Shown here piece by piece: positions 46,231 through 60,146 of a stretch of DNA of 64,000 bases. The notes under the pieces are model-generated. The model did no database searches, had not been told where the DNA came from, and saw nothing but the letters and a program-made list of their open reading frames with translations. The first letter of the stretch is position 1; each line of letters starts with the position of its first letter. The position numbers and the translations under genes were made by a program. This DNA is from Perna viridis (Eukaryota). The stretch spans positions 2,852,001 to 2,916,000 of the forward strand of contig CM074511.1 of NCBI GenBank assembly GCA_037379345.1, written 5' to 3'.

Positions 46231-49200
46231 TTTATATCTTAGTAAGGTAAATGTCGTATCGAAGTAAAAAAAATACTTAAAATTTGACAAAGGAGGTTTG
46301 AAAGTTAATTTTGAGCAGAAAATATTTACAGGAAATGAAATTTCATTTAAAGTTTTTATTATCTTTTTCCTTGCTAAAAATAACGGTCGAATTCAGAAAA
46401 TCAAATATGACTAATATCATATTTTCATACAAACCCAATAATTCAACTTTATATAATCAATCACAGGACTTTAAAGTTAAGATCTGAATAAAAGAGCTCA
46501 ATAAAATGAGCACACAGTAATTTAAAAACACCTTCAGTAATTCCAATTAAATAAAACATGTCCTCTCCACTGATCCGTTTACATTGCCACAAAAACACAA
46601 ATGTATACAAAAATCAAACATACACTACACAAGTAAAAAAAGTGACATTCTGTTATCGGTAAAAAAATCTAATTGAATCTTTTGATTAACGGAATTATAA
46701 ATCTATGGAAAATGCGAAATATGAAATTGGTCGTTTTCCAGTATAAAAAATAACATTTCCAATATATTAGCACCAAAATAAAATTATTTCAATATACAAA
46801 TGTCCCTAACTTTCTTAATTCTTCTGACATGGGAAATTTTCAACATTTTACGTCATATTTTTTGCGGACGTAAAGTAATAGTGTTTTTTATTAATCATGT
46901 GCCCTATTTTATGTATTCTAGACTAACGATATAAAACAAGAATAACTACTAACTTGTCATCCCAGTATGTTCAATGTAAAACATTATAGCACCATATAAT
47001 GAAGGCAGTGAATATTATGAGTTTGATAATAACTGAACACGCTGGTGGACTGCCATTTGTAAAAACGAACACATTTAAGTGTAAACGAATAAATCAGTTG
47101 AAATAAAAACAAAAAACAAAAAAAATCTAATTACCTCCGAACAAAAATTGCATAAATGAAAGTCTTCGGAAATTTGGAACAATTTTAAGTTGCATACGAG
47201 CGTCGTTTTTAACACGGAGATTCAGTGAGACAAAATAATATGTACAACTCGAACTGGGATTCGCCTTGAGGTATGCACAAAGTTATTTTAAAACTTTACA
47301 GTGCTATCGTCAGACATAATTGCAGGTATCTTGTCCAATGTACACTATCCCACTTGTCCTGGAACAAAAGAAAAAAAACAGAAAATATTTACAACCTTCG
47401 AAAACCCGTCGTCACTGTTTTATTTCTTTAAAAATATGTAACAGACGGAAATAGTGCTGTAAACTGACATTTTCTGTTTAACAACCGTAACATGATCTAG
47501 TAGCAATATCGTGCAAAACGCCATATGGGCGTCATGCTTTTGCGCAATTAATTGTAGGAGATGATAGCCGGATTAACTTTGCAGCCATCCTCATCGTCCC
47601 TATGAATATTGAAATTTCTAAGTTCAACAATCTCTATTTTCGGCAATATTTATCAAACTATAGCTTTTAGCTCAGCACATCTCAATTATGTGCAAAAATG
47701 TTTTAGAAAATCAACGCTGTAGCTAACAAATCTGTGTGAGATAGTCGGAAAAACCATGTTCCTCCTATCCGGACGTACTTTTAGTCGCGGTACGGAATCA
47801 CGGAATCAAAAGACAAAAAAAATACTAACATTATTCCGATATGAGACCGAAAAAAATTATTCGAGTAGCTCCACTAAGATAATAAATTGTGAAAGACAGA
47901 CAGTGCAAATCTATATCCAAAATTAATCCTAAAAATATTTTCTATATTATTCATTTCTCCTGAATTTGAAAAATCAGTGAAAATGCACTTAAAATCTTAT
48001 AAATAGTAATACCCATGGCTTCACCATATCCGGTTATTGATTGCTCTCTTTATATGAGATATGTAGCATAAAAGACAAGTAGGACTCGTTGCCCTACTTA
48101 GATTATAATCTGCATTTTGAAAAATATTTTATTCTCAAAAATGTTTAAATAATCTTTGTGAAAGTCGTATCAAATAAAACGAGATTTACTTCATAGAGAT
48201 TTGAGTGGTCACAAGTTTAGCGTACTTGAAGGGAACGAATAGTGGTCCAAAGTACATTTCAGGCTCAATTTGACATATACTATGACAACCGCCGTTGAGT
48301 AAACCTAATGACAAACAATGGGTAGGTAGAAGCGATATTATTCATATAGTGTCACTTTCATCTAACTCATTTATACAAGGCAAAAGGCATATGAAAAACT
48401 AACAATGGGTCCAGGTAAACATGAACTGCTTAGATTCTGAAAATGTCAGGTGAAAAGTGAAGCCACCTTTTTTTTAATTTCAAGAATGTATTATCTCCTA
48501 TTCATAGTAACTTTAGAAGAAATTAAGGTCATAATATTTTATCAGTTAAACACTTCCCATTACATACTTGTATATTTTTGTGACGCAGTCAGAAAGAAAA
48601 AAAAAATAAAAGCGCCATATTTGGTCCTGCAACCTTTTTACTGATATCAGTCCTGAACATTAATTCAAGAGAAGAACTGTTGTAAAGATTTTAGAGAATA
48701 ACCTAAATGAACTGAGTTGGTGCATGGCTTCTTATAAATCAGCAACCTTGATTCATATAAATTATATCAGGTAATGCCAAGTGCATTCGGAGAAAACCAT
48801 GTTTGACGACAACAGAAGTCAATACAAAAATGTGAAAACGAACTTGAGACTTTACACTTCAGGTTGTTGATCAAGCTACTCCAGTGGTTGGTAGGTACAC
48901 AACAAAATGTGCCACAAATGATAATCATATGGTGCTCGATTCGTATGATCAACATATGATGCAAACCATGATTCCCATGTGTGGCACATTTGCCTGTGTA
49001 AAGAACATCAGTTTACATGTTATCTTCTTAAGAATTCACCAAGAATTACTCACAACAGGCTAACCTATTAAAAAGTTGCGGTTAGCAATATAAATATCTG
49101 ACATATCTACAAAGTGTTAGGTGTTTAGAGGAGTAATTAGTTTATAATGGTTATTCTTACCACATCTTCGGTAATACAACGATATCCAAAAACAAAAATG

Positions 49201-50213
49201 AAATCCTTTTCGCGAATTCACTTTTTTCTCTGGATGTGATTGACTCAACTCATATTTTGATTGGAATAAGTATCTATACAAACTTGGTGGGATTGAAACA
49301 GTTCTGACGTGAGAGAAAATTTTAATCCATACGCATGTTATAAAGTGTTCAGTAAAACAGATTCCAACGTATATATAAAACAGCATATCGCAGCTGTAAG
49401 TAGAGAAGGAAGTTGGTTAAACCATGACAAAAGTCGGTGCAACCTGAAATAAAAATGTTTCGCAGGGCACAGCTTGATACAACCACAGAGGTCGAACCCG
49501 AACAGTTGGTACAAAAATGGATACACCATTTAAGCTAGATGTGGCACTGATTTTTGTTGGGTTTAAATACTTGACACAGAATAAGACCAAACTCAAGTGG
49601 CCTTTTTTTTTTGGTCCATTATTCATAACAGGTTCCAGTCACAACCAAGATTTCCTTTGATGTATGGTAACTTTTGATACCATTTCACAGATATCCATTA
49701 ATTTATAGTCAAGTTATTTTCCAGACATAGTGGAAATGCTTCTTTCGGTTTTCCCCTAATTATTATATTAAACGGTTCGAATCAAAACCCCCAAAATCAA
49801 CCAAACCCTTCATTTTTTTGCATGGTACCCTGTGGTACAAAGAGAACCATTCACTTATAGTCAAGTCATTGTCTAAACACGGCGGTGACTACAACAACGT
49901 CATCATAATACCATTATACGACCGCAATTTGTTTGCTGTCGTATAAAATGGCTGGAAAGTTAGGTCAATTCCAGAGATAATTTTATTTATTCGTGTATAT
50001 CATCCTATTTATTTTTTCGACACAGTACAAAGTCACATGCAATACTCATTTTCCTTGATTTTGTTATGACAATTTTGTTTCTCCGCTTCACAGCAATATC
50101 AAATTAAACCAAAAACGTTAGCACGTCATTATTTTACAAAAGCATTTTATCAAAATTTGTTCAGTGATTTTGTCACATACCAGGTTATATTAAACTTACT
50201 ACTAACACACGGT

Positions 50214-53200
50214 TTATTCTGTACTCTTCTACAAAAAGAAAAATGTTGATTTTTGTTAAGTATAGCTATTTATAAGAACCATGTAGAGAGTGATTCATAT
50301 TTTGTAAGTATTCAACATTTTTTTTCAATGAAAGGGGATCCAGGTCGTCAACCTTCCCCCCATTCACCACTGCAGTCTGGGATAATTATTTTTCTCAGTT
50401 GTATCACTGTTGTAATGGGGCATAAATGTTCAAAAAGCCGATGTATTTTCGGGCAACAGGTGAGCAGTAGTGTGACCAACTATTTAGGTACAAGATAACG
50501 GTAATTAGGTGTGTATGACCATTTTTCATTAAAGCAAATTTTATAACAAAAGTAAACCAAAACTTTAAACTTATCTCACCGTGTAGATGAAAGAGTAATC
50601 AAGGAAACCAAGGTTCTAGCGGGAATCAAAAGAATGTAATTCAGGGACAAAGACTAGACATGTGGCAACAAAAGTAAATGAGCAACTCAAATTCCACTAA
50701 AAACTGGGAGCATGGACCGGTAGGGTAAGCATAATCTGCTTTTCTAGAAACATCCGCCGAGTTGTTCATAAAACGTCAAGTCTGTGGTAGACGAAAGGGA
50801 AAGGAAAACTATGACAGGTTGAACAAATCACTTTTCATGGTGCAGATGGATACACCGTAACGATCCACGAGTTCATGATGATCATAAAACTTCTGTAGTG
50901 ATGACGTCAATCTTGTAGTAACATAACCCTGTGTCCAGAAGCCTACTTGCAAGAAGTCATCACATTTGTTGTAAAGTTTGGTCAATAGTTTTTTCTTTAA
51001 CTTCACTGTGTCTGTAGTATCCTTTAACTCAAGTACTTTTGGGTAGATGCGGTGTATCAAATCCCCGAAACCATGATTTTTTAAAGATAATACGTCATCT
51101 ATATAGCGGAAACGGAGATAGAAGGATCTAGCTAAACGATATTCTTTCTTTCGGATCAGTTCAGTATAAAGTCATCCTCACAAGTTAATTTCCCATTGGA
51201 ATGCCGACCGTTTGTTGAAAAATGCGTCTACCACACTGGACAAATATGTTGTCGATAAAGCATTCCAGCATTTTGAAAACAACTTCTGTATATTTTGAAG
51301 ATGATTATGAATTATTTCTTACAAAGTATGAGGAATCCCTATCAAGAACTATATATCTGTATCTAGGGTGTACCATCTTTTTTGGAAAAACAACGATGTA
51401 TAATGTTTTTAAGTCGGGATTTTAATTGAGTATGGGGAGTAGAAGTAAACGGTGTTGAAAAATCATAGGTTTTAATGCTATTATATTCTGCTAATAATCT
51501 TGAACTGATGGTCTCCAGAAGACCTTTCGAATTTTTCAGGATCCACATTGAATAAATACCACTACGGGAGTAAAACGTGTTGTGGTAGGACTGCACGCAT
51601 ACTTAAAACAGAAACCATACAATATGTACAACGAGATGTTTTCTGTCCAAATATTTAGTCATTGTTACGCCATTGCTTAACTATACTGGCAACATTTTAA
51701 ATTACAGATAGTCATACAATATCACAGAGATATACTCACTCTGGGACGGCCTCTTTTACCCTTAGGTTTACTATCTTTTTGATCTTCTTTCTAAAACAAA
51801 TTAAAAAAGAAAAATACAAAAAAGTACTAATCACCTGCATGGTATTGACTGCAGAACACATCTGAGACGGTACACATATACAAACAGGGTTGAACGGGGC
51901 ATGGTGTAGAGTTGGAAAATTTGAAAATATTGTGAAATGCAGTTGTCCACATGGAGGACTATAAAACAGCTGATCCAGGTAACCAAAATAAGGTCAATGG
52001 CCCAGTTTGATCACAAGACTTCCTGTAACGTCACTATTAGATTACTATTTCACCATAAATGACGTAAATTTTAAAGTGGTCATACTTGTACATCTTTATC
52101 TGATTATTTCAGCCAGTTCGTTGGTGATTTATCTTTGTCAATTATCATCCATCAAGAGAGTGTTAATAAAGATAACTACTGTTCTAAGTGGATTCATTTC
52201 CATTTCAACCATATATACATTGTCAATGCAGAAAAAAAGTTCACGAACGGAAAGAAAATAACTCTAATGGGAATTCATAATATTCTTTAATGCTTGATTT
52301 TTAACTTTTTATAAAAAGAGAGTAAAATCAGGGAATAACGAAGTACAATCCAGAAAAGAGGGGGTCCAGCAGGGTTCGAAGGATATTGGGTTCCAGGATA
52401 TTAGTTGCTCATTTTGTCAAAATTTTGAAGTTCGAAAATGGTAAAATCAATTTCACAGAATTTTTACACTAGTATACTTTTGATAATTGATTTCTGTCCT
52501 TTGATGACCATTGCGTAATGAAGATGTCATGCATCGATAAGGAGGACTACTACATGTATGAACTATATTCTTCGATTTATTAATAATTTTATTATAATCA
52601 TCACCATCGTCATCATCATCATTATCATTCTTATTGTTATTATAATTATTATTATTATTATTATTAAATCAATTTAAAAATTACCTCATCGCACTAAATA
52701 CTTAATGCTGCTATAATATTCAATCGATTCAATCGTCCATTTCAGCAACTTATTTCTATAGTATTATTGCGTAAGGTTTTCCATATTGGCTTAGTTATTG
52801 GTCCGAGGCTAGGTCCAATATTTCTAGCCGAGGACCAATAACTCAGTCAATGTGGAAAACCTTACGCAATTATACCTTTATTGACTAACTAGTCTAATAT
52901 GCTAGGCCAATATATATTTTAACCAGTCCAATATGATGTATTGGACGGCTAAAAGCTGTATTGGACGGCTAAATCCATATTTGACGGCTTTATCCTGTAT
53001 GGGCGCACATTTGTATTTTGTATTGTATTGGCAGTTTTGATCATATTTAGGCCAATATTCGAACGTTATTCAATAATATATATAAACACTTCCGCTGGTC
53101 ATTCATTTTTTGTGCTACTCTTTTGAGATTTCGATGTACATGTATCATGACTGAATTTAGCTAAGCTGTTATTTTGGTATGTTTATGATTTCACTCTTTC

Positions 53201-56200
53201 TCATCAAAACTGTCAACGCCCTAGATCGTCTCCCTTCCTACCGGTTTCTATGTCAGACATATCTGTTCTTTCAACCAGAATATCATCAACCACAAAAATG
53301 TAGAGAATGAACGTGCTGATTTGGTATTCGACATACATGTTAACATTTCACGCATGGAAAAATTACATGTGCTAGTATTACCATATGTATCAAATAAATG
53401 AGTTGAACTTTTTATTAAGGGCAGTTTTTACGAACAAGTATGGAAATTAGCATAATTTAGCAAATAGTTTACACAGACAAGTTTGAACAGAAAGGGATGT
53501 GACACAGAAGACGTCTTGGATAGAGACAGTCTTTTGTCATCATAGAGATGGCAACTGACTATCAATAGTCGTTTACAGTCATTTTTATAGAAGGACGGTG
53601 TTTATAATTGATTGTGTTGACTAAATGGATACTTTTCACGCCAAAATTCCATTATTAAAACCAGAATATTTAGTTTATATTTCAAGTAGATTATCTACAA
53701 GTTTGTATTTTATAACAGTTGACAGTCTCGACCTAAAAATACCTCCATGATCAGACCGACAGCCACCTGCTTGTTCCTCCATCTCAACCGTGGTGTACTC
53801 ATTATACAATGCAATAAAACTCAACATTTAAAATTCACGGCAGATGTTCAACTAAAATTGGGTTAGCAATATTAACGAAAAGGGTTTACGGAATGCATTT
53901 TCCAAATGTCTAAATGCGTGGAAAACGAGCTTGGTCAATAAAGTCAATGAAAAAAATGTACAACTGCTGTGGTTTTAACAGCATCTATTCTTCTACTTCA
54001 ATATAAATATTTATAATATAACTGCATTTGACTTTAAGTGAATTTCAATAAGTACATAAACTAAGAAGTATGATGATCTATACAAATTATGTAAGTAAAT
54101 AATATCTTCAAGTCATCAGTCACTGACACGGACTCGAGAAATTGTTCCAGTTTTTTTTTTCATTAAATGAGGTTTTGGTAATAATATATGCATTTTATGT
54201 TTACAGCTAGTCAGTAATTGCATACAGATTGTGCTAGCACTTCTGTAGCGGTAATCTGATTTCAACAACCCGAAAAGTGAAGATGGATGCTACTTAAAAA
54301 ACCGGAAACCCACGGGCATGTGGTAATACTTGTATGACGAGACAACATTCCGCAAATGACAAAACCATCACGAAAATAGGCGTTTAAATAACACAGAGTA
54401 AACATCTAAAGCTCAAAATAGACACACACCGAAAAGGAAAGTTGAAACCCGTATATTGCTTTTCTGGGAATTTCCTTGAACCAGGAAAACATTTTACTTC
54501 ATAATAAAACTCACAATTTTATCAATGACTTGAAGAATAAGAATATTTATATAATAATGGTATTATCGGTTCTCTAGATGTCATTTATTAAACTGTTAAA
54601 ATTAACTGGGACGTAAAAATAAGTTAACTGAGTCCAGTTAGAAACTCAAAAGAACAAATGTAAGAAACTGGCTCAAAAGAACAAAGAACATTGCACAAAA
54701 TACATCAGAATAAAAAAGAAAATGAAAAATAGTTATCCCTAAAATGGTAGCCAAACTGACGTTTACATTTGTACTTCAAAGACTAACCCGGGTGACCACT
54801 GCATGATTTTGGATCGGCTCACCCTTACCCTTGAAAACTTTTGAGATCGGGCCATCATTAATTACTTTTGAGATCCAGTAACTACTGACGTCTTTTAAGA
54901 TTGGAACCATTGAGAACTTTTAATGATGACTTTTGAGATAGGTAACCATTCATGATATTTGAGATTGGGTCATCATCGATGACTTTTTAAATCGGACTTT
55001 TGAGACCGGGTTATCATTTACTAGCAGTGATTGGAAAAGGCAGGGGCCATGTGCGATATGCCCATTGTAGCTGGAAATGGCCCATTAAATATACAGGATT
55101 TTACCTCAAATGTTGATAATTGGCCTATTAAAATCTTGAAAACTTGTTACAATGCTGAAAATGGCTAATTTGAAAAAAAAATCTCTCCTGACCACTGTAC
55201 TAGTATTACTTTTGAGATCTTTTAAGATCAGACTTATGAGACCGGGTCGTCATTACTTACTTTTGATACCTGGTCTTCATTGCATGGTGACTTTTGAGAT
55301 CTGGTCACTACTGAAACCTTTCAAAGACTGATGTTGGGTAATTCTGAAGATTAAGAGTCACTACAGAAACTTATTAATCAGGATGAGTCACCAATTAAAA
55401 TTTTAAGATTTAGTTTGGATAGAACTACCAATGAAGACTTTGGGATTTTTGATTAGATTTGGGGCGGGACTTTTTATTTCGGTTACTAATGAGACACTGA
55501 AGACGTAAAAGGGAAGTCCAACAATGAATGTGCCTCGATTCAGGTCACTGCATGCACTTGAAACCTTTACAGTAAGGTCACCATTGAATAATTTGAGGTC
55601 GGTCACATACAGTATTTAATACAGTTGAAAAGGGTCACCATTGAAAAAATTAGAGTTCGGGTCATCACATAGATCTTTTCAGCCATAGAAAACTCATGCT
55701 GTTTTATTGTGTTCACTGAATGTTCACCTGATAAGTGATCCTTGAGTATAGACACGAATGTTATTAACTCAACTAACTTTAGGGGATTTCTTTGGGGATT
55801 TCTTGAAACTTCCAAGAGGTCTACCACGTGGTCTCTTTGGAGCGCTGGGATCGACAACCTGTTCAAAAGAAAAGTCGGAGAAATAACGATGTTTTACAAA
55901 CTTACACATTCGTTGATAACTCATCATTTCTTATAGACTACAAATTCATTTCTGAGTATTCACATGTACTGAAAAGAATTGAGATTACTTAGTGGAATTC
56001 ATCCGACGGTAAAGTGTAATTCAATTTCACATACATTCAATGATGGACTGGTTCTTCAGTCAATCTTTGAATGTGGAATGTGTATTGCATAGGACTGAAT
56101 TATAATTGGGTTTTAAGATGACCAGCGAATGTGATTACCGTTTTGTTCACGGACAGCTGTTTACTCTAGAATGGATGGGTCATACATCTTTACCAGTATT

Positions 56201-56795
56201 GATTGGGCTAACTAGGTTGTCTGAGTACACAATGATCGATACAAACCATGGCTGGTTTCATTTTTTATTAATTTACAAAGCAAAATCAATACAAAGATAA
56301 TTGTACCTTCGGAGGTTTCTTTGTGCTGCCTTTAGGCCTACCACGTGGTCGCTTAGGCTTTGGCTCCCCGGACTAAAAGCAAAAATTTACAACTTAGTAA
56401 AACACCAAGCATTCTTCCCAATAGCTGTAATATTATCATCTTTGATAAATAGATATCGTGCCATTTATTTTTAATCAATCAACCCTCCACATGTTATTAA
56501 AGCCTTTCTACTATACTGACACTAAACAAATAAAAATGTAATCGATGCATTTTTTTTCTAAAACCATGAAATATGGCTTGGATATTGGTCAAGTTGTATG
56601 ATAATGAATATTTGCTTTAACAATCCTCAGTCAAATGTGCTTTGACAATGGCAATCTAAAGTTGTCAAATTCTGTAAAAAATAATATTTTGAGTATAGAA
56701 ATAATGCACAAAAGACCAACCTCTTCTGTTTTTGGTTTTGGAGGTCGTCCACGACCCCTTTTCTCTCCAACGTTTAGTTTTCCTGTGTCCGACAT
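50214..56795 (-). CDS. HMGA: HMGA-like AT-hook protein, 95 aa. Exons: 56795-56721, 56372-56307, 55858-55778, 51790-51740, 50228-50214
   Basis: The exons translate MSDTGKLNVGEKRGRGRPPKPKTEE / SGEPKPKRPRGRPKGSTKKPPK / VVDPSAPKRPRGRPLGSFKKSPKKSPK / KEDQKDSKPKGKRGRPR / KSTE*. There are four RGRP AT-hook cores and all introns are phase-0 GT-AG. The last exon is the least certain (acceptor catttttctttttgtag). Confidence 0.85.
50591..51594 (-). mobile_element. Decayed Penelope-like retroelement in HMGA-like intron 4
   Basis: Fragments YSRSGIYSMWILKNSKGLL...IKTYDFST, GIPMG, FRYIDDVLSL and HRIYPKVLELKDTTDTVK, plus the family 3' UTR, with deletions and frameshifts. Confidence 0.85.
52594..52666. repeat. 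(CAT)n/(ATT)n trinucleotide microsatellite
   Basis: catcatcatcattatcatt...attattattattatta. Confidence 0.85.
52766..52870. repeat. Long palindrome (39-bp arms, 3 mismatches)
   Basis: attgcgtaaggttttccatattggcttagttattggtcc pairs with ggaccaataactcagtcaatgtggaaaaccttacgcaat. Confidence 0.9.
54790..55680. repeat. Degenerate short-period tandem repeat (gacttttgagatcgggtcaccact-like) interrupted by a small MITE at 55025-55197
   Basis: acttttgagatc/gggtca motifs recur. The MITE has cagtg...cactg ends flanked by the direct repeat tactag. Confidence 0.55.
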
Positions 56796-57819
56796 TGCAC
56801 TTAAGTGTGTGTTTTTTATAATCCCAATCTGTCACGAGGACAATAAACAACAATGTAAACAACAGAAATTATTTCACAGAAGTAACACAACTAAAAATCC
56901 TCAAGTTCTCAAATGAAAGTTCAAAATAGAAGTCTTGCAACAGTTCCTTTGTTCCTGTGGTCAGGTGAAGTTTACAATAAATCAATTGATTTTCCCAGCC
57001 ACAAGAGTAGCAAAATTTGTGAATGAAAAACTATGAATGAAAAAGCTAGGCGATCAGCTGGAAAATTGACCCAGTTTTGGGACATTCGGAATATTTGTAA
57101 CACTTGACAATAGCCTTAAGGTAAAGGTAAAATCTTGACTACTTCCGGATGGTCAAGAACGCGCCAAATCTCTCACTATCCCACACACATTCCAAAGGCA
57201 AATCAGGACAACCAGGTAGACAGTATTGTAGGTTAAGTTTCAGTCACAAAAGCCGTGATTTTTACAGGGTTTTAAACCGGTTAAAAATCGACAGTCGTTT
57301 CTTCACAACTGGGTCACAGACAGCTTTTGTTGTACTCCAGGTAGCAAAGTGAACAGGTATATTAATTTCAATCCCAGTCTCCGGCAATCACTAGAAATTG
57401 TGAAGAATAAAAGTATATATCTAGAGTAAAATCTGTAAAAGTTGAAACGCAAATCGAACCCACGAAGGAACTTTCTTATACTAAAGAAACCCGAATATAT
57501 TTCGCCAAAACGTAGGACGGACAGACGAAAAAATGAAGGCTCTTTTCCCCCGACAGAGAAGGGACAAGTGCATTTGAAGGAAACTCATGTAAGGTTATAC
57601 ATCTGACATCGTGCATTCCCGTAAAAACCTACACGTTGTATGACTGTCTTTGAATACGCTTAAAATCAGGAACTAACCTGCAGTTCAGAAGCAATGCATA
57701 CGTTAAAATCACGTTACTAAAACGGCTTTAAAATTACAGTAAGTAATTTGTAGCCGACTATTTCTGGACAGATATCGATACTTAAACTTTTGAATGTAAG
57801 AGATGGAGCTTAGATCAGA

Positions 57820-58500
57820 TGCACCGGTAGAGTAAGCGTCCTTTGCTTTTCTAGACACGCCCGTTGAGTTGCTCATGAAAAGCCACATCCGGGGTAGATG
57901 AAAGGAAAACTATTACACGATGAACTATTTTTTTCATAGTTCAGATGAATACACTGTAACGATCCAAGAGTGCATGATAACGACCATAAATCTTCTGAAG
58001 TGAAGACAAACCTTGTAGAAACATATAAACCTGTCCCAGAATCCTAACTGTAAGAAGTCTAGCATGATACAAAAAGTCCGCGTTTCCGCGAGCCTTGGCA
58101 TTACGCATGAGTTGTTTTGGTTTTGAATACTTCTTGTATACAATGATTTTTTGGATTTAGATCTTCCTGTGCATTTGATTGATTCTAACACTACTGATGA
58201 AAGGTTAATCGTCGTCGAAACACATACTGCATATCGAAATTTACAATATATATGACTGATATTTTTTGTATTTATTTGTAATATGAAAACTCCAGGCGCT
58301 GAAGGGATGTTGCCACCGATAAGTCATCACGTTTGTCGTGTGTTTAGTGAGTTTCCCGTATCCATTGATCTTTAAGAGTAGGTCAATGTATGTAATATGT
58401 AATTGAGCACAATTTGTTCCCATCGGACTGCAGACGGTCTGTTGGAAAACACATCCACCACACTGGACAAATATGTTGACAAAAAATGCTGGGAATGATT
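57820..58500 (-). mobile_element. Highly decayed Penelope-like fragment with a ~150-bp internal insertion
   Basis: It encodes VFQQTVCSPMGTNCAQL (compare GIPMGTNCAP) and has homology to 41190-41560. Confidence 0.7.
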
Positions 58501-58603
58501 TCTGCATCAGAAACTAGTACACGAAACGGTTTCTGATATTTTTTAGCAGTTTTGATAAAAAAAAACTCAGATGAATTACTTAAGTTAGGTGTATCCTTCC
58601 GAC

Positions 58604-58773
58604 TAGAAATAAACTATCACAAGGCTGTGGTCTCCGATAGATATAAACTATCACAAGGCTGTGGTCTCGGATAGAAATAAACTATTACAAGGCTGTGGTC
58701 TCGGATAGATATAAACTATCACAAGGCTGTGGTCTCGGATAGAGATAAACTATCACAAAGCTGTGGTCTCGGA
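58604..58773. repeat. 34-bp minisatellite, 5 copies
   Basis: taga(a/t/g)ataaactatcacaaggctgtggtctcgga repeated. Confidence 0.95.
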
Positions 58774-60146
58774 CAACAAATTATTAAATGCAACAATATT
58801 CATTGCATTAAAACTCACAAGAATATTTTTACACAACCAGATGGTTGTTACAAATCGTAGAAATCCATATTTATAGATGAAATACATGTTACACTGAATG
58901 ACTACAACATATTGGACAATAATGTTCTATCAATTAGGGGATTGAGGATGTGTGCGAGGTGCCTGGGGTTTTCTGGAAGAGCATGATCCTGGCGTGCTGC
59001 AAGCTGAAGGTACCCACGCCCCCCTCCCTATAACAATGTACAAAACCCCAATAGTCAGATGGAAAAATAGGAGGTGCATAATGGGATATTGTGATAAAAG
59101 AATTCGTGAACTTTCACAAAATGTCTTTCAGAGATTTTATAGGGATGCATGAACTGAAGGACTGACGGCAGGACAACTATATACCTCCTACTCTGCGAAA
59201 CTGAAACAGAGGATCATCAATGACAGATCAACATTAAAATCCTGACAATTAAAACCAGACCCATGTATGACCTGTGTCACCGCCACAAAAGTTAATGACA
59301 ACAACAGGGTGATACCATTATATCACTGAAACATTTTTTTGTGGTTCTATAAAAATAGTTGCGAAAATCACCTACCCATCATCTTCTGTTGTTAGCATCA
59401 TAGTTAATAAACTTAAATAAAGTATGTAGTACAGTATTGACTATAGCATTCAATGCTGAGCATGACTTATAAAGACAAATATTTTACAAAATTTCATAGA
59501 AATCCAAAACACGAGTCAATTTTTTCCATAACAGGAGAATCACATCTGAAATATGTATACTAAGTTTCCATATTATTGGTTGGACTACTATTTTTTGAGT
59601 TTTCTGAATGCTAATGACAGGAAACTATAAGTAATAGGCTAAACACTGGCTTCTGACAATACAAATTGTTCTTTAAGTTGACATATTTATTTAAAATATT
59701 CTTTAGTTATACACTGAACAATGAAATGAACACTGATTAGATATGTAGTCACTTACTCCTGTGTCTTGACAGCAAACTGTAGGGTTTACTAACACGTCAT
59801 TACAAAGACAGGCAAAGTTGTTCTCTTTTATACTGTCAATCCTTTGAAATAATCAATTATAAATTAATCAAGCTAATTAGTACAATTTTACTTTTTATAC
59901 CACTAGCTCCTATGTTGATAAAAAATAACATTCAGGTCAACAACTGACTGCTTACAATAAATCACTGCAAAAATATAATCAAGAAAAAATGTATGCAAAG
60001 CAATCTTTCACGACTTAACACACTAAGAAAGAACTTTCTAAACTGTGGATACAGCTTAAATTAAGACATTAAATAATATTTCAATTTTCTATTGTCATTA
60101 ACATTAAATAATATTTCAATTTTCTATTGTCATTATTACAGTCACC

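Noticed and set aside
45329-48993. Alternative HMGA terminal exons after acceptors near 48993, 47357 and 45407
   Set aside because: The peptides are not HMGA-like and one lies inside a repeat element. The nearer 50228 acceptor is stronger and completes RGRPRK.
48750-49620. Coding-like stretch with fragments such as LVYNGYSYH and FFSGCD, faintly recalling transposon proteins
   Set aside because: All frames have many stops and the matches are too short to support a call.
38200-58773. 32-, 34- and 55-bp arrays as possible CRISPR arrays
   Set aside because: The units are contiguous with no unique spacers, there are no cas genes, and the context is an intron-containing eukaryotic genome.
28391-60135. 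Small local duplications (28391-28438 ~ 28876-28923; 30656-30731; 60066-60135)
   Set aside because: These are two-copy short duplications in non-coding DNA with no link to splice sites or other signals, consistent with ordinary slippage.
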